DNA from: an uncultured delta proteobacterium
GTDB lineage: Bacteria; Myxococcota_A; UBA9160; SMWR01
Direction: 5' to 3'
Length of the DNA: 64,000 nt
Assembly (NCBI GenBank): GCA_963832165.1
Contig: CAWHTE010000011.1
Location: 736,001 to 800,000, forward strand
In this document: positions 8,731 to 20,346 of the stretch, one piece after another
Position numbering within the stretch: the stretch's first letter is position 1
Layout: every line of letters begins with the position of its first letter
Position numbers and translations under genes: made by a program
The notes under the pieces: model-generated
Told to the model about the DNA's origin: nothing
What the model saw: the letters and a program-made list of their open reading frames with translations, nothing else
The model's database searches: none

Positions 8731-11510
8731 CCGAGCGCGCGCAGCGCCGCGCGTACAAGAGCGCGAGACCCGCGGCACCAGCGATCGCGCACCAGCCGAC
8801 CCCCGGCTCGGGCAGTGTCTGGGTCGGGCGCGCGTCGAGCTGGTAGCCCGGCGCGTGCCCGATCACGTCCATCATCGGCACGAACTCGTCGTAATCCGGG
8901 GTGAGCCGGGGCGAGCGCCAGGTCTTCTGTGCGATCACGCGCAGGAATGTGCGGATCCCGAGAGCGACGTCCCCCTCCGGCTCCGTGTTCCACACGTTGA
9001 CCTTCGCTCCGAGGTTGCGTGTCTCGTCCGGAGAGATCTCCTCGGGTGGATCTTGAACGGCCTGGCCGTCGACGGCGGGGCTGAAGAACGCCCCGGCGAA
9101 CTCGTGGACGTCCCAGATCTCGTAGGCGCGCTCCATATCCGGCAATTGAACCGAGGTGTAGTAGGTGGGGAACCAGCCCGAGTTCTCGATCGTGTGCCCG
9201 CGCGCCAGCAGCTCATTCGGTCCGATTGCAACCGTATTCGAGAGCGTGGTGAGGTTGCTCCACCACTCGACGATGATGTCGGGATCGACGGTCACGACGG
9301 CCGCGCCGCAATTCAGCTCGTCGTGCCACATGCGCGTGACCTTGCCGTGCTCTTTCACGATCGCGTTGGCCCAGTTCGCGAAGCCCAGTACCGCGTCGCA
9401 GGCGGTGGCGCCGGGGCCGTAGAGCGCTTGTGCGTGCTGCTGGAGCTGCGGGTGGAGCAGCAGCTCCGCGTCCAGCATGTACTCGTCGACGCCGATGTGC
9501 CAGTAGGGCGCGGGGAAGAGCGGAATCAGCTCGTCCATCAGCTCGCGCGCGAACTGCAGCGCCGCGGGATTGCTGATGTCGAGCCGGCTCGCGTTGGGCT
9601 GCCCCGCGGCGTTCTGGAGCTGGAGCTCCGGATGCGCGGCGAGCGCGCCGGAGAGATGTCCCGGCATGTCGAGCTCGGGGACCACCATCACGTGATAGCG
9701 GCCCGCGAGCGCGATCAGATCGCGCACCTGCTGCTTCGTGAGGTGCTGTTCGGCGACGATCTCCGGATGCGTCTCGCTCTCGATCCGAAAGCCGCCGTCG
9801 TCGCTGAAGTGCAGGTGGAAGTAGTTCATCTTGAGATAGGCGAGCTCTTTGATGTGCTGCTCGATCCATTCGGGCGTGAAGTACACGCGCCCCGCGTCGA
9901 TCATGAGGCCGCGCTCCGGATAGCGCGGCCAGTCGAGCGCTTCTCCAGCGGGGACCGGGAAGCCCTGGTAGCGATTCTGGTGCAGCAGCTGCAGGAGCGT
10001 GCGCGTGCCGTGGAACGCGCCCGCGCTCGCGATCGCGGTGATCTGGACGGTGTCGCCGATCCGCAGGCGATAACCCTCGCCGCCGAGCCGGGAGTCGCTC
10101 TCGCCGAGGTCGAGCGTGATGTCGCCGTCGCCGGGGAGCGCGGCGGCGCCGAGCACCGCGACCGGCCAGCCGAACAGCGCTTCGAGGTCTTCCGCGAGCA
10201 CCTCGGCGTCGGAAAGCAGTGACTCGTCGAGTGCGATGATCCGCGAGTCGCTCGTGAGCGAGAACGATCCCGCGGCGGGTGTCCACAGGCGCATCGCGGG
10301 AATCGTGAGCGGCCGCGCCGACAGCGGGCTCACCGGGTCGCCCGTCAGCGGCAGCGCGTGCATGTTTCCGCAGCCATCCGGATACTCGTTGGGCCCATCC
10401 GGCGCGCCCGGCGGCGCCGTGACGATCCGCGCCAGCAGGGCGGCCGCGGTGTCGAGCGCCTCGAAGGTGTCGCGCTGCAGCCGATCGTAGACACTCTCTT
10501 GTGTCATCCCGGCGAGCTCCACCCCGTCGAGCGGCTGCTGCCCGGCCTCGACGATCGCGCGCACGCCCTCGGCTCCCCACCGCTGCACCGTGCCGCCGAG
10601 CTCGAAGATCGGAATCGCCGTGGCGCCCATGCCCGCGAGCATGCGCACGTCCGCGACGAGATCCGCGAGCGCGAGATACGGGGGGCCCTGGGTGGTATCG
10701 CCGAGGCTCACCTGTCCGGCCGCGCCGAATTCGCGCTGCATGTCCCGGAAGAACTCGGCGACATAGCCGGGGCCTGGAGCGCTGTAGGTGCGGTAGGCCT
10801 GGAGGTAGAGCGCGTCGTAGCCGAACGGCGGAAACGCGACGCCGTCGAGCGCGTCCTGCAATGCCGTGTAGCCGTCCTCGAGATCGTCGAGGAAGAACGG
10901 AGCCGGCGACCGCTGATGCGGATCCCGTGCGCGTGCGCCCATGAGATCGTGTCGCGATACGCGGCCATCGCCTGGCACTGATGGACGGGATCGATGTTCG
11001 GGCGCAGCAGGTTCTCGAGCGCGGCGGGATCACCCTGCAGCGCTTCGAAGACCGCCTGGTTTCCGACCGGAAACTCGAGGTCGAGCGTCACCTCGCGGAT
11101 CTCGAGGCCGCGCTCGGCAGCCCACACCGGCAGCGCTTCGACCGCCTCGCGCATGAGTGCGGCGTTGTTCTCGTGCCGAAGATCCCTCCCTCGATCGAGG
11201 CCACGACCCACGCGTTCACGGGAATCCCGCGTTGGTTCGCCTCGCGGATCACGTCGACCGCGAGCGCGGAAGACACGCCGCTGCCCGGCGGGCCGAACGC
11301 CGTCATGTAGTCGAGGCGCAGGTAGACCGCGCCGCCGGCGGAGGCCAGCGCATCGAAGACCTCGGGCGTGAACGAGGCCGCGTCCAGATGCGCCCAGAAC
11401 CCGACCTCGGCGCCGGTGGGGGAGGGGGCTGACGGCGGCGCCGACGTGCTGCCGATCAGCACGCAGCTCGCGATCAGGGCCAACAACGTCCCGCCGCGCG
11501 AAGCGCGCAT
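8705..11510 (-). CDS. GH20 beta-N-acetylhexosaminidase with an unknown N-terminal domain and PEP-CTERM-like tail; frameshifts at ~11180 and ~10910
   Basis: DWPRYPERGLMIDAGR, KMNYFHLHFSDD, VPELDMPGH, HIGVDE; tail LPEPGVGWCAIAGAAGLALLYARR; N-terminus assembled from ORFs 11088-11630 and 10708-11637. Confidence 0.85.
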
Positions 11511-11622
11511 CCGCCGACTCCTTCGCCACTCGTTGCGCGGCCATTCTCCCAGAGTCGCGTGCGAAAGGTCTTGACAGGAATGGCCAATCCATTGCGAAAT
11601 CTCGCCACGGGAGGGCCGCTCC

Positions 11623-12600
11623 ATCGCCACCGCTCACCAGGCTGACGTTTCAGCCGACTACGCTAGTTCGCTCTTCGAATATCTGAGCACGCACGGGTTG
11701 CCGCAGATCCCCGAGAGCGACGCCGCGATCCCGGTGGACCGCTGGCTCGGGCTGCTCGAGCAGGCGATCGCCGCGTCCGGCGACCCCGATCTGCCGCTCA
11801 AGATCGGAGAGAGCTTCCGGGTCAAGCATCTCGGCTTGTTCGGGTACGTGATGATGACCTGCAACACGCTCCGGGAAGTGGTGGCGCAGAACCGGCGATA
11901 CGTGCGCTTGATCGGCGGTATCGGTGGCTCTCGTCTCGTCGAGTGCGGGGCGACCGCGGAGCTGCACTGCGAGTGGGCGGAGAGCTCTCCGTCGCCGGCG
12001 ATCGAGGCGATCTTTCTGGCCGCCACCGCGAACCTCTCCCGCTGGCTGTCCGAGCGGCACGATCTGCGCTGGGACGCCTGCTTTCGTTATGAGCGCCCGG
12101 GCGACCTCCACCAATACGAGCGGATCTTCGGCGGAGCGATCCACTTTGCCGAGCCCGTCACGAAGCTCGTATTCCCGGCGTGGTACCTCGATCTGCGGGT
12201 GGCGATGGCCAACCCGGAACTCCACTCGCTCGTCGTGGCCCAGGCCGAAGAGCGGCTCGGGCAGCACCCGGCCGAGCCCGGATTTCTATCGGGCGTGAAG
12301 ACGGCGATCGCGCGCGACCTCGCCACGTGCCGCGTGTCGCTCGCGGGCGTCGCCGCTGCGCTGCGAGTGTCCCCGCGCACGCTGCACCGCAGGCTCGAGG
12401 AATACGAGTGCTCGTTCCGCGACGTGGTCCACGAGGTGCGGCGCGCGCGCGCGGAGGCGTATCTGCAAAGCCCCGCGATCTCGCTCGCGGAGGTCGCGTT
12501 CCTGCTCGGCTACAGCGAGCAGAGCACGTTCCAACACGCCTTCAAGCGCTGGACGGGCGAGACGCCCGGCGAATTCCGCGCGCGCCACCCGCTCCGCTGA
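11623..12600 (+). CDS. AraC-family transcriptional regulator (start uncertain: 11623 ATC or 11698 TTG)
   Basis: GLFGYVMMTCNTL, VSPRTLHRRL, ISLAEVAFLLGYSEQSTFQHAFKRWTGETPGEFR. Confidence 0.9.
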   Translation: MATAHQADVSADYASSLFEYLSTHGLPQIPESDAAIPVDRWLGLLEQAIAASGDPDLPLKIGESFRVKHLGLFGYVMMTCNTLREVVAQNRRYVRLIGGIGGSRLVECGATAELHCEWAESSPSPAIEAIFLAATANLSRWLSERHDLRWDACFRYERPGDLHQYERIFGGAIHFAEPVTKLVFPAWYLDLRVAMANPELHSLVVAQAEERLGQHPAEPGFLSGVKTAIARDLATCRVSLAGVAAALRVSPRTLHRRLEEYECSFRDVVHEVRRARAEAYLQSPAISLAEVAFLLGYSEQSTFQHAFKRWTGETPGEFRARHPLR

Positions 12601-12604
12601 AGCT

Positions 12605-13877
12605 GTGAATTCCACTGGCGCGCTCGCGCGCTCGCCGCGCTACCCGCACTACGTGCTCGCCGTGCTCGTCGCGGTGAACATGTTCAACTTCATCGACCGC
12701 CAGATCGTCGCGGTGCTGCTGCAGCAGATCAAAGAGGAGTTCGGCGCATCCGACGCGGCGCTCGGGCTGCTCACGGGTCTCGCGTTCGTGCTCGTGCATT
12801 CGCTGGTCGGCGTTCCGATCGCGCGCCTGGCCGACCGCGGCTCGCGGGTCACCGTGATCGCGGTAGGCGTCGCGGTCTGGAGCGCGATGACCGCGCTCTC
12901 GGGCGGCTCGCGCAGCTTCGTGCAGCTCGCGCTGTTGCGCGTGGGCGTCGGGATCGGGCGAGGCGGCCGGAACGCCGCCTTCGCACTCGCTGATCTCCGA
13001 CTACTTCCCGCCCGAGCGGCGCGCGCGCGCCCTGTCGATCCAGGCGATCGGACTCTACGGCGGGATCATGTTCGGCTACCTGGTCGCGGGCTGGCTCGGC
13101 CAGACGCTCGGCTGGCGCGCGACGATGGTTGCGGTCGGTCTGCCGGGCCTCGCGCTCGCAGTCCTCGTGTGGCGCACGGTCGACGAGCCGCCGCGCGAGA
13201 CGGCGGACCCGGTGCTGCCCGTGCGCGAGGTCGCCGCCTACCTGCTCGCGCGCCGTGCCTACGTGGCGCTGCTCGCGGCGGCTTCGCTGCACGCGTGCGC
13301 GGGCTACGCGATTGCCCATTGGTCGCCGACCTTTCTCGTGCGCGTCCACGGGCTCTCGTATGCCGAGGTCGGCGTGGCGCTCGGCCTGCTCACGGGCGCA
13401 GTCGGTGCGGCGGGCGCGCTCACGGGCGGTTGGCTCGCCGACCGCCTCGGCTCGCGCGATCGGCGCTGGTACACCTGGATCGCGGCGATCGCCGCATGGG
13501 CGGGCATTCCATTTGCGGTGTGGTTCCTGTGCGCGGGCTCGACCGCGGTCGCGCTGGCCGGCTTCGCGCCGCAGATCTTCACGGCCGGGCTCTACACGGG
13601 CCCGCTCTACGCGATGAACCAGGGGCTCGCGAAGCCGCGCATGCGCGCGACCGCGGTGGCCCTGCACCTGCTCGTGGTGGGCATCGTCGGGGGCGGGATC
13701 TCGCCGTGGATCGTGGGCGAACTCTCGGATGCCTTCGCGGCCGAGCAGGGCGCCGCCGGGCTGCGCAGCGCGCTCTTGATCGTGGTGTGCACGGCCTCCG
13801 CACTCGCGGGGGTGTTCTATCTCGTCGCGAGCCGCTGGCTCCGCGCGGATTTGTCTTCCGCGGAAGAGATCTCGTGA
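12605..13877 (+). CDS. MFS transporter (spinster-like), frameshift near 12958
   Basis: FNFIDRQIVAVL, ARLADRGSRV, continuing in ORF 13068-13877 (GGWLADRLG). Confidence 0.88.
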
Positions 13878-13892
13878 TAGCATGCGGTGGCG

Positions 13893-15695
13893 ATGAGCTA
13901 CGACCTCGTGATTCGCGGGGGCATCGTCGTCGACGGCACGGGACTCGCGCGCCGGCGCGCCGACGTCGCGATCGAACGCGGCCGGATCGCCGCGGTCGGC
14001 CACGTACCGGGCGCCGCGCGCGCCGCGCGCGTGATCGATGCCGACGGGCGGATCGTCGCGCCGGGCATCATCGATCTGCACACGCACTACGACCCGCAGA
14101 TCACGTTCGATCCCTACGCCACCTCGTCGTGCCATCACGGCGTCACCACGGTGCTCGCGGGCAACTGCGGGTTCTCGATCGCGCCCGCGCGCAAAGAGGA
14201 TCGCGCTTATCTGCGCGCGCTGTTCGCGGTGGTCGAGGGCATGGCGCCGGCCGCGCTCGAGGGCGTGGCGTTCGAGTTCGAGACGTTCGCCGAGTACCTC
14301 GCCACGCGCACGGGCAGGCTCGGCGTGAACCTCGCGTGCTACCTCGGCCACTCGACGTTGCGCCGCTCCGTGATGGGCGCCGATGCGTCGCGGCGCGAAG
14401 CGACGACCGACGAGATCCAGGAGATGCGCAGTGCGCTGCGCGACGCGATGGCTGCGGGCGCGGCGGGCTTCTCGTCGTCGCACTCGCCGACGCAGATCGA
14501 CGGCGACGGGCGCCCGGTGCCGAGCCGCTTCGCGTCGCACGCCGAGCTCGTCGCGCTCGTCGAAGAGACGGGCCACTGCGGCGGCGGCAGCATCTCGTAC
14601 CTGCCCAAGAGCGTCGTCGGCGGGCTCGATTCTGCCGACGAGGAGCTCCTGATCGAGCTCGGCGTCCGGAGCCGGCTCCCGATCGTGATCCAGGGACTCG
14701 GCGGGCGCGACAAGGTCGACGTGCCCGGCGCGGGATGGGAGCGCGCGAAGGAATTCCTCGACGAGGCAGCGCGACGCGGCGCCGCGATCTTCTCGCTGCT
14801 GCGCAACCACCCGTTCGATCGCCCGATCGACCTCGCAGCGGGGTCGCCGCTCTACGCAGGCGTGCCCGCGTGGCACGCGTTCATGGCGCTCTCGCGGGAG
14901 GAGAAGCTCGCGCGGCTGCGCGACCCGGACTACCGCGCGCAGCTGCGCCACGCGGTCGAGCATCCGAACCGCGATCCGGACGCCGGGTCGACGCTGCCGC
15001 CGCCGCGCTGGGAGGTCGTGTTCGTCGACGAGGTCGCGGATCCGAGCCACGCGCACTACCTGAAGCGCACGATCGCCGAGATCGCGTCCGAGCAGCGCGT
15101 CGCGCCCGCGGACGCGATGCTCGACCTCGCGCTCGGGGAACTGCTCGCCACGCGCTTCCGCTTCGAGAACCGCACGCCCGCGTGGGAGCAGGCCGTGCGC
15201 GAGAGCATGAAGCACCCGTCGATCCTGATCGGTGTCTCGGACGGCGGCGCGCATCTCGATCGCGACGACGGCGCGGAGTGGTCGAGCCACTTTCTGCGCT
15301 TCTGGGTGCACGAGCGCGGCGAGTGGACGCTCGAGGAGGGGATCCGCCAGCTCACGCAGGTGCCCGCGGCGCTTGCAGGCTTCGCCGATCGCGGGGCGCT
15401 CCTGCCGGGCTTCGCGGCCGACCTGTTCGTGTTCGATGCCGCGGCGATCGGCCCGGGCACGAAGCGCCGCGTCGACGACTTGCCGGGCGGTGCGCGCTTC
15501 TTCGCGCAGCCGAAGGGCATCGCGGCCACGATCGTGAACGGCGAGCCGATCGTCGTCGACGGCAAGCTCACGGGTGCGCTGCCGGGGCAGGTGGTGCGGC
15601 CGAGTGGAAGTTTCGCGCAGCGAGCCGAAGGCGAGCGAAGGCCATCGGGTGGGCGCGCGCGGGAGGATGAATGGGGCGATTCGGGCACTTCGTGA
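13893..15695 (+). CDS. N-acyl-D-amino-acid deacylase family amidohydrolase
   Basis: YDLVIRGGIVVDGTG, PGIIDLHTHYD, GVTTVLAGNCG, SDGGAH. Confidence 0.92.
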   Translation: MSYDLVIRGGIVVDGTGLARRRADVAIERGRIAAVGHVPGAARAARVIDADGRIVAPGIIDLHTHYDPQITFDPYATSSCHHGVTTVLAGNCGFSIAPARKEDRAYLRALFAVVEGMAPAALEGVAFEFETFAEYLATRTGRLGVNLACYLGHSTLRRSVMGADASRREATTDEIQEMRSALRDAMAAGAAGFSSSHSPTQIDGDGRPVPSRFASHAELVALVEETGHCGGGSISYLPKSVVGGLDSADEELLIELGVRSRLPIVIQGLGGRDKVDVPGAGWERAKEFLDEAARRGAAIFSLLRNHPFDRPIDLAAGSPLYAGVPAWHAFMALSREEKLARLRDPDYRAQLRHAVEHPNRDPDAGSTLPPPRWEVVFVDEVADPSHAHYLKRTIAEIASEQRVAPADAMLDLALGELLATRFRFENRTPAWEQAVRESMKHPSILIGVSDGGAHLDRDDGAEWSSHFLRFWVHERGEWTLEEGIRQLTQVPAALAGFADRGALLPGFAADLFVFDAAAIGPGTKRRVDDLPGGARFFAQPKGIAATIVNGEPIVVDGKLTGALPGQVVRPSGSFAQRAEGERRPSGGRAREDEWGDSGTS

Positions 15696-16786
15696 TCGAC
15701 GCGGACGGACACGGCGGCGAGCCGCTGGGCTGGCGCCGCCGGATCGAGACGCGCCATCGCGCGGCGATGCGCGACTACATCGCGATGCTGAAGGCGCACT
15801 ACACGGGCCTTCCGGGCGGTGGCATGAAGGTCGACGGGTCGGCTGCGGTGCCGGGTGACGACGAGCTCGAGCTCGGCGCGCCGCTGCGCGCCGGCATGTA
15901 CGACCCCGCGCACCGCCTCGCGGACATGGATCTCGAAGGGATCGACGTCGCCGTGTTGTACCCGCCGGGCTCCGGTGAGGAGTGGGCGATGGACGACGCG
16001 GACTTCGCGGGCGCGCTCTGCCGCACGCTCAACGACGCGCGCGCCGAGTTTGCGAGCCACGCGCCCGAGCGCCTCAAGCTCGTCGCGAAGCTCCCGATGA
16101 TCGAGCCGAAGCTCGCGGCCGAGGAGCTCGAGCGCTGCGTGGTCGAGCACGGTTTCGTCGGACTCGTCACCGCCACCCACATCCGCGACCGGAACCTCGA
16201 CCACCCGGCCTTCGACGTCGTGTGGGCCACCGCGCAACGCCTCGGCGTCGCCGTGTGCGCGCACGGCGGCGGCCAGGCGCCCGGTCAGACGCCGTTCGCG
16301 ATCGAGCGCTTCGACACGCGGCTCGGGGTCCACGCGATCACGCACCCGATCGGCGCGATGCACGCGGTCTACGCGTTCACCGTGGGCGGCATCCTGCACC
16401 GCTTCCCGGAGCTGCGCGTCGGCTTCATGGAGGCGGGCGTCGGGTGGCTGCCGTTCTGGCTCGATCGGCTCGACGAGCACTGGGAGCTCATGCCCGAGCA
16501 GGCGCCGCAGATCGACCGGCTGCCCTCGCATTATTTCCGGGGCCGCTGCTTCCTGACCGCGGAGCCCGGCGATCGCACGCTTCCCTGGGTCGTGCAGGTC
16601 CAGGGGCCCGACGCGATCTGTTATGCGTCGGACTACTACCACTGGGACAGCGTGTTCCCGGACTCGGTGAAGATCCTCGCGGAGCGCGCCGACCTCGATC
16701 CGCACGCGCGCACGGGCCTGTTCGCCGCGAACGCGGCGCGGCTCTACGCGCTGCCGCTCCCCGATCCAAACGGGGCAGGCGAGTAG
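15671..16786 (+). CDS. Amidohydrolase_2 family protein
   Basis: VIDADGH, RLADMDLEGIDVAVLYP, GILHRFPELRVGFMEAGVGWLP, YASDYYHWD. Confidence 0.92.
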   Translation: MGRFGHFVIDADGHGGEPLGWRRRIETRHRAAMRDYIAMLKAHYTGLPGGGMKVDGSAAVPGDDELELGAPLRAGMYDPAHRLADMDLEGIDVAVLYPPGSGEEWAMDDADFAGALCRTLNDARAEFASHAPERLKLVAKLPMIEPKLAAEELERCVVEHGFVGLVTATHIRDRNLDHPAFDVVWATAQRLGVAVCAHGGGQAPGQTPFAIERFDTRLGVHAITHPIGAMHAVYAFTVGGILHRFPELRVGFMEAGVGWLPFWLDRLDEHWELMPEQAPQIDRLPSHYFRGRCFLTAEPGDRTLPWVVQVQGPDAICYASDYYHWDSVFPDSVKILAERADLDPHARTGLFAANAARLYALPLPDPNGAGE

Positions 16787-16806
16787 TTCGTCAGACGAAC
16801 TATAAT
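16785..16806 (+). promoter_or_regulatory. Inverted repeat abutting a TATAAT hexamer upstream of the molybdoenzyme operon
   Basis: AGTTCGTC-A-GACGAACT (16785-16801) overlapping TATAAT (16801-16806). Confidence 0.5.
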
Positions 16807-16929
16807 CACCCGCGGGATCCGCGCGATCTGGGCGCATTAGGGGTTGGGGGACTGGCGCCGGTCCATGCGATCATAGGGGCCGGCGAGTCCGCGGCGGGGG
16901 CAGCGCGGCACATCCGGGAGGTGTGTCCC

Positions 16930-19228
16930 ATGGCGCAGCGGTTAGGTCAGGGCGAGCTGATCAAGCACACCGAACGAGAGACGGCTTCGCCCGCCGGGCG
17001 CATCGAGCCCACGCGCCGCGAGTTCCTGCAGGTCCTGATCGGCGGGTCCACGCTCATGATCGGCGGCGTGTTCCTGACTCGCGAAGAGGCCGCGGCGCTG
17101 CCGGGGCCCGGGAACAGCACCGAGTATGTCGATATCGGCGACACGCTCGTCCTCGTCGAGACTCCCTACAAATACAACCTCACGCTCGAGGTGACGCCCC
17201 ACAATCGCGTGCGCTTCGAGCTGCCGCGCGAAGACAAGGGGCAGGGCATCGCGACTACGTTCGCGATGGTGATCGCCGAGGAGATGGATGCGGATTACGA
17301 CCGCGTCGACGTCGAGCTCAGCGACCGGCGTGCCGATCGGTTCACCACGATCACGGGTGGTTCGTCGACAGTCCGCACGCTCTACGAGCCCGCGCGCACG
17401 GTCGCCGCGAACGCGCGCGAGCGGCTGAAGATCGCGGCGGGGCTGCGCTGGGGAGTGCTGCCCACCGAGCTCACGACCAAGATGTCGATGGTGATGCACC
17501 CGCCGACCGGGCGCGCGGCGAACTACGGAGAGCTCTCGGCCGAGGCCGCCGCACTCAATCTCCCCGTGCTGCCGCTCCCGCTCAAGCCCGTGAGCGAGCA
17601 CACGATCATCGGCACGTCGAAAGGTCGCAAGAACGCGCGCGCGATCGTCACGGGCGAGCAGAAGTACGCGATGGACCTGGGTCCGGACGAGGGGGTTCCC
17701 GGCAACGCCCTGCCCGCGGTGATCGCGCGGCCGCCCGACATCAAGGGGCACGTGGTCTCGATCAACAATCTCGCGGCGGTGCAGGCGATGCCGGGCGTGG
17801 TCGGCGTCGTGCAGATCGATCTGCCCGATCGCGGTCCGGTGCCGCTCGGCGCGAGCTTCCCGCAATCGACCGGCGTCGCGGTGGCCGCGCAGACGTTCCA
17901 CCACGCGCTCGCCGCGCGCGACGCGCTGAACATCACGTGGGCGCCCGGGCCGCTCGCGGGCACGTCCGACGCCGACATCAAGGCCGTGCTCGAGTCGATC
18001 AACCTGCCGCTCACGCCGGCGCTGCCCGGCGTCGAATCGCTCGACGCGAGCTTCGACTTCCCGTACGCCGCGCACGCGGCGCTCGAGGTGATGAACGCGG
18101 TCGCCCACGTGCACGGCAACTCGGCCACGATCTGGTATCCGTCGCAGACGCCGAACTATCAGGCCGGGCAGATCGCGGCCGCGATCGGCATTCCCGAAGC
18201 CAACGTCACGATGCACATCCCGTTCGCGGGCGGTGCGTTCGGTCGCCATCTGTTCGGCGAGTCCGCGATCGAGGCGGCGCTGATCTCCCAGGCGCTCAAC
18301 AAGCCGATCAAGCTGATGTGGACGCGCAACGACGACATGCGCCATGGCCGCTTCCGGCCAATGACGCACCACGACCTGCGCGCGATGTGGCTCGGCGGGC
18401 TGATGCTGTCGTACGAGCACCGCATCGCGTCCGCCGAGATGGATCTGCGGCACGGCTATGGCGACCTGTTCCTGGGGGCCGGCTATTCGGGCGCCCACCT
18501 CGCGATCGAGGAGGCGGTATTCAACGGCACGGTCTCGGTTCCGTACGAGTTCGGCATCACGAGCCAGCTGATGATCCCGCAGCGCTTCGAGGTGCCGACC
18601 GGGAGCTGGCGCTCGATCTACGCGGGCTGGACGAACTGCGCCAACGAGATCTTCGTCGACGAGATCGCGCGCGCGCACGGCATCGACGAGGTCGCGTTCC
18701 GGCTCGCGCACACCACGCTCGGAGCAGGGTCGTCGCTGTCTCGAGAAGGTGGCCGAGATGGGCTCGTGGGGCCGGCCGATGCCCGCGGGCCATGCCCAGG
18801 GCGTGGCGCTCGACGTCGAGTTCCGCTCCGCGGCCGCCTACCTCGTCGAGATCGACACCACGGGCCCCGAGCCGCGCCTCACGCGCGCGTTCTGCGCCGT
18901 CGACGTGGGCGTTCCGATCAACAAGAAGGGCCTCGAAGCGCAGATGCAGGGCGCGCTGATCGACAGCTGGTCCGTGATGTTCCGCGCGGGCAACCACCTC
19001 GACAACGGGACGATCCGCGAGAACAGCTACCACAACTTCCTGTGGGCACGTATGAACCACACGCCGCTCACGATCGAGGTGCACGTCTTCGACGCGACGC
19101 GCGACACGCCCGGGGGCGCCGGCGAACTCGGCATCCCGTGCGGGTCGGCCGCGTGCGTGAACGCGTACGCGCGCGCCACAGGTACCCACCCGCGCCGCTT
19201 CCCGATCCAGGAATTCCCTCCGACCTGA
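16930..19228 (+). CDS. Xanthine dehydrogenase family molybdopterin subunit (IorB-like), Tat-exported, frameshift near 18720
   Basis: TRREFL Tat motif, [44 protein letters not shown]. Confidence 0.9.
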
Positions 19229-19238
19229 GGCTCGCCCG

Positions 19239-19745
19239 ATGCCCGTATACAACCTGATCGTGAACGGCGTGCCCCGCACCGTCGAAGCGCCCGCCGACAT
19301 GCCGCTGCTCTGGGTGCTGCGCGATCTGCTCGGCGTGACCGGCCCGAAGTACGGCTGCGGCATCGGCGTCTGCGGCGCGTGCACGAGCCACATCAATGGC
19401 CAGCCGAAGCGCCTGTGCATCCGGGAGAACATCGACCACGAGGACGTCCCGAACAGCGCCGCACCGATGGTCGGCGAGGTCGGCAGCGCGCCGATCGTCA
19501 CGATCGAGGGGATCGCGAGCGGCGACGTGCTGCACCCGATCCAGCAGGCCTGGATCGACGAGGATGTGGCTGCGTGCGGCTACTGCCAGCCGGGTCAGAT
19601 CATGCGGGCGCTCGCGTTGATCGCGGCGATTCCCAATCCGTCGGACGCCGATATCGACGAGGCGATGAGTCACAACGTGTGCCGCTGCGGCACCTACGTG
19701 CGCATCCGCGCCGCGATCAAGCGCGCCGCGGCCGCGATGGCGTGA
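19239..19745 (+). CDS. (2Fe-2S)-binding subunit (IorA-like)
   Basis: [35 protein letters not shown]. Confidence 0.95.
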   Translation: MPVYNLIVNGVPRTVEAPADMPLLWVLRDLLGVTGPKYGCGIGVCGACTSHINGQPKRLCIRENIDHEDVPNSAAPMVGEVGSAPIVTIEGIASGDVLHPIQQAWIDEDVAACGYCQPGQIMRALALIAAIPNPSDADIDEAMSHNVCRCGTYVRIRAAIKRAAAAMA

Positions 19746-20346
19746 GTCTCCGCGCCAAATCCAGAGGCGTATCGACGTCGCGCATGACCCCCGCATCGGG
19801 CATCGCCACGCGCACGACCTCGCGCGCATAGCGGCGCAGCAGGCCTCGCCCGCCCAGGTCGCCCTGGAGCGCGCGCAGCTCGCCGAAGTGGTGCGCGGGC
19901 CAGAGCACCGGGTTGCCGCGCCGACTTCCGCGCACGGGCACGCAGATCGGGCGGCCCTTGCGCGCGAACGCGGCGATCAGCGCGTCGAGGTCCGCCGTGC
20001 TCACCCAGGGCATGTCGCCGAGGCAGATCAGCGCACCGTCGAGTGCCGGGTCGAGCGCCTTCAATCCACACCGCAGCGAGCTGCTGAGCCCGCGCGCGTA
20101 GTACCGGTTGTGCGCGAACTCGACGTCGCGGCCCACCAGTGCGGCGCGCAGCCGCGCGGCCTGGTGGCCCGTCACCACCAGCACGGTCGCGGCGCGCGAG
20201 GCCAGCGCGGCGTCGACCGCGCGCGCGATCAGGGGCTCGCCGCCGAGCGGCGCGAGCAGCTTGTTCGCGCCGCGCATCCGGGTCGAGCGGCCCGCGGCGA
20301 GCACCACTGCGGCAACGCGAGGCCCGCGCGACCGCCGCGCGCTCAC
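19717..20346 (-). CDS. mocA: Molybdenum cofactor cytidylyltransferase family (MocA-like)
   Basis: [44 protein letters not shown]. Confidence 0.88.
   Translation of the reverse strand: MSARRSRGPRVAAVVLAAGRSTRMRGANKLLAPLGGEPLIARAVDAALASRAATVLVVTGHQAARLRAALVGRDVEFAHNRYYARGLSSSLRCGLKALDPALDGALICLGDMPWVSTADLDALIAAFARKGRPICVPVRGSRRGNPVLWPAHHFGELRALQGDLGGRGLLRRYAREVVRVAMPDAGVMRDVDTPLDLARRLTPSRPRRA

Noticed and set aside
12605..15670. 1021-aa ORF as a giant fusion
   Set aside because: It is the MFS N-terminus running out of frame after a frameshift; the rest is Arg/Ala-rich shadow translation
15982..19257. 1091-aa ORF as one protein
   Set aside because: The real coding part begins at 16930; the upstream portion shadows the amidohydrolase and the tail is out of frame
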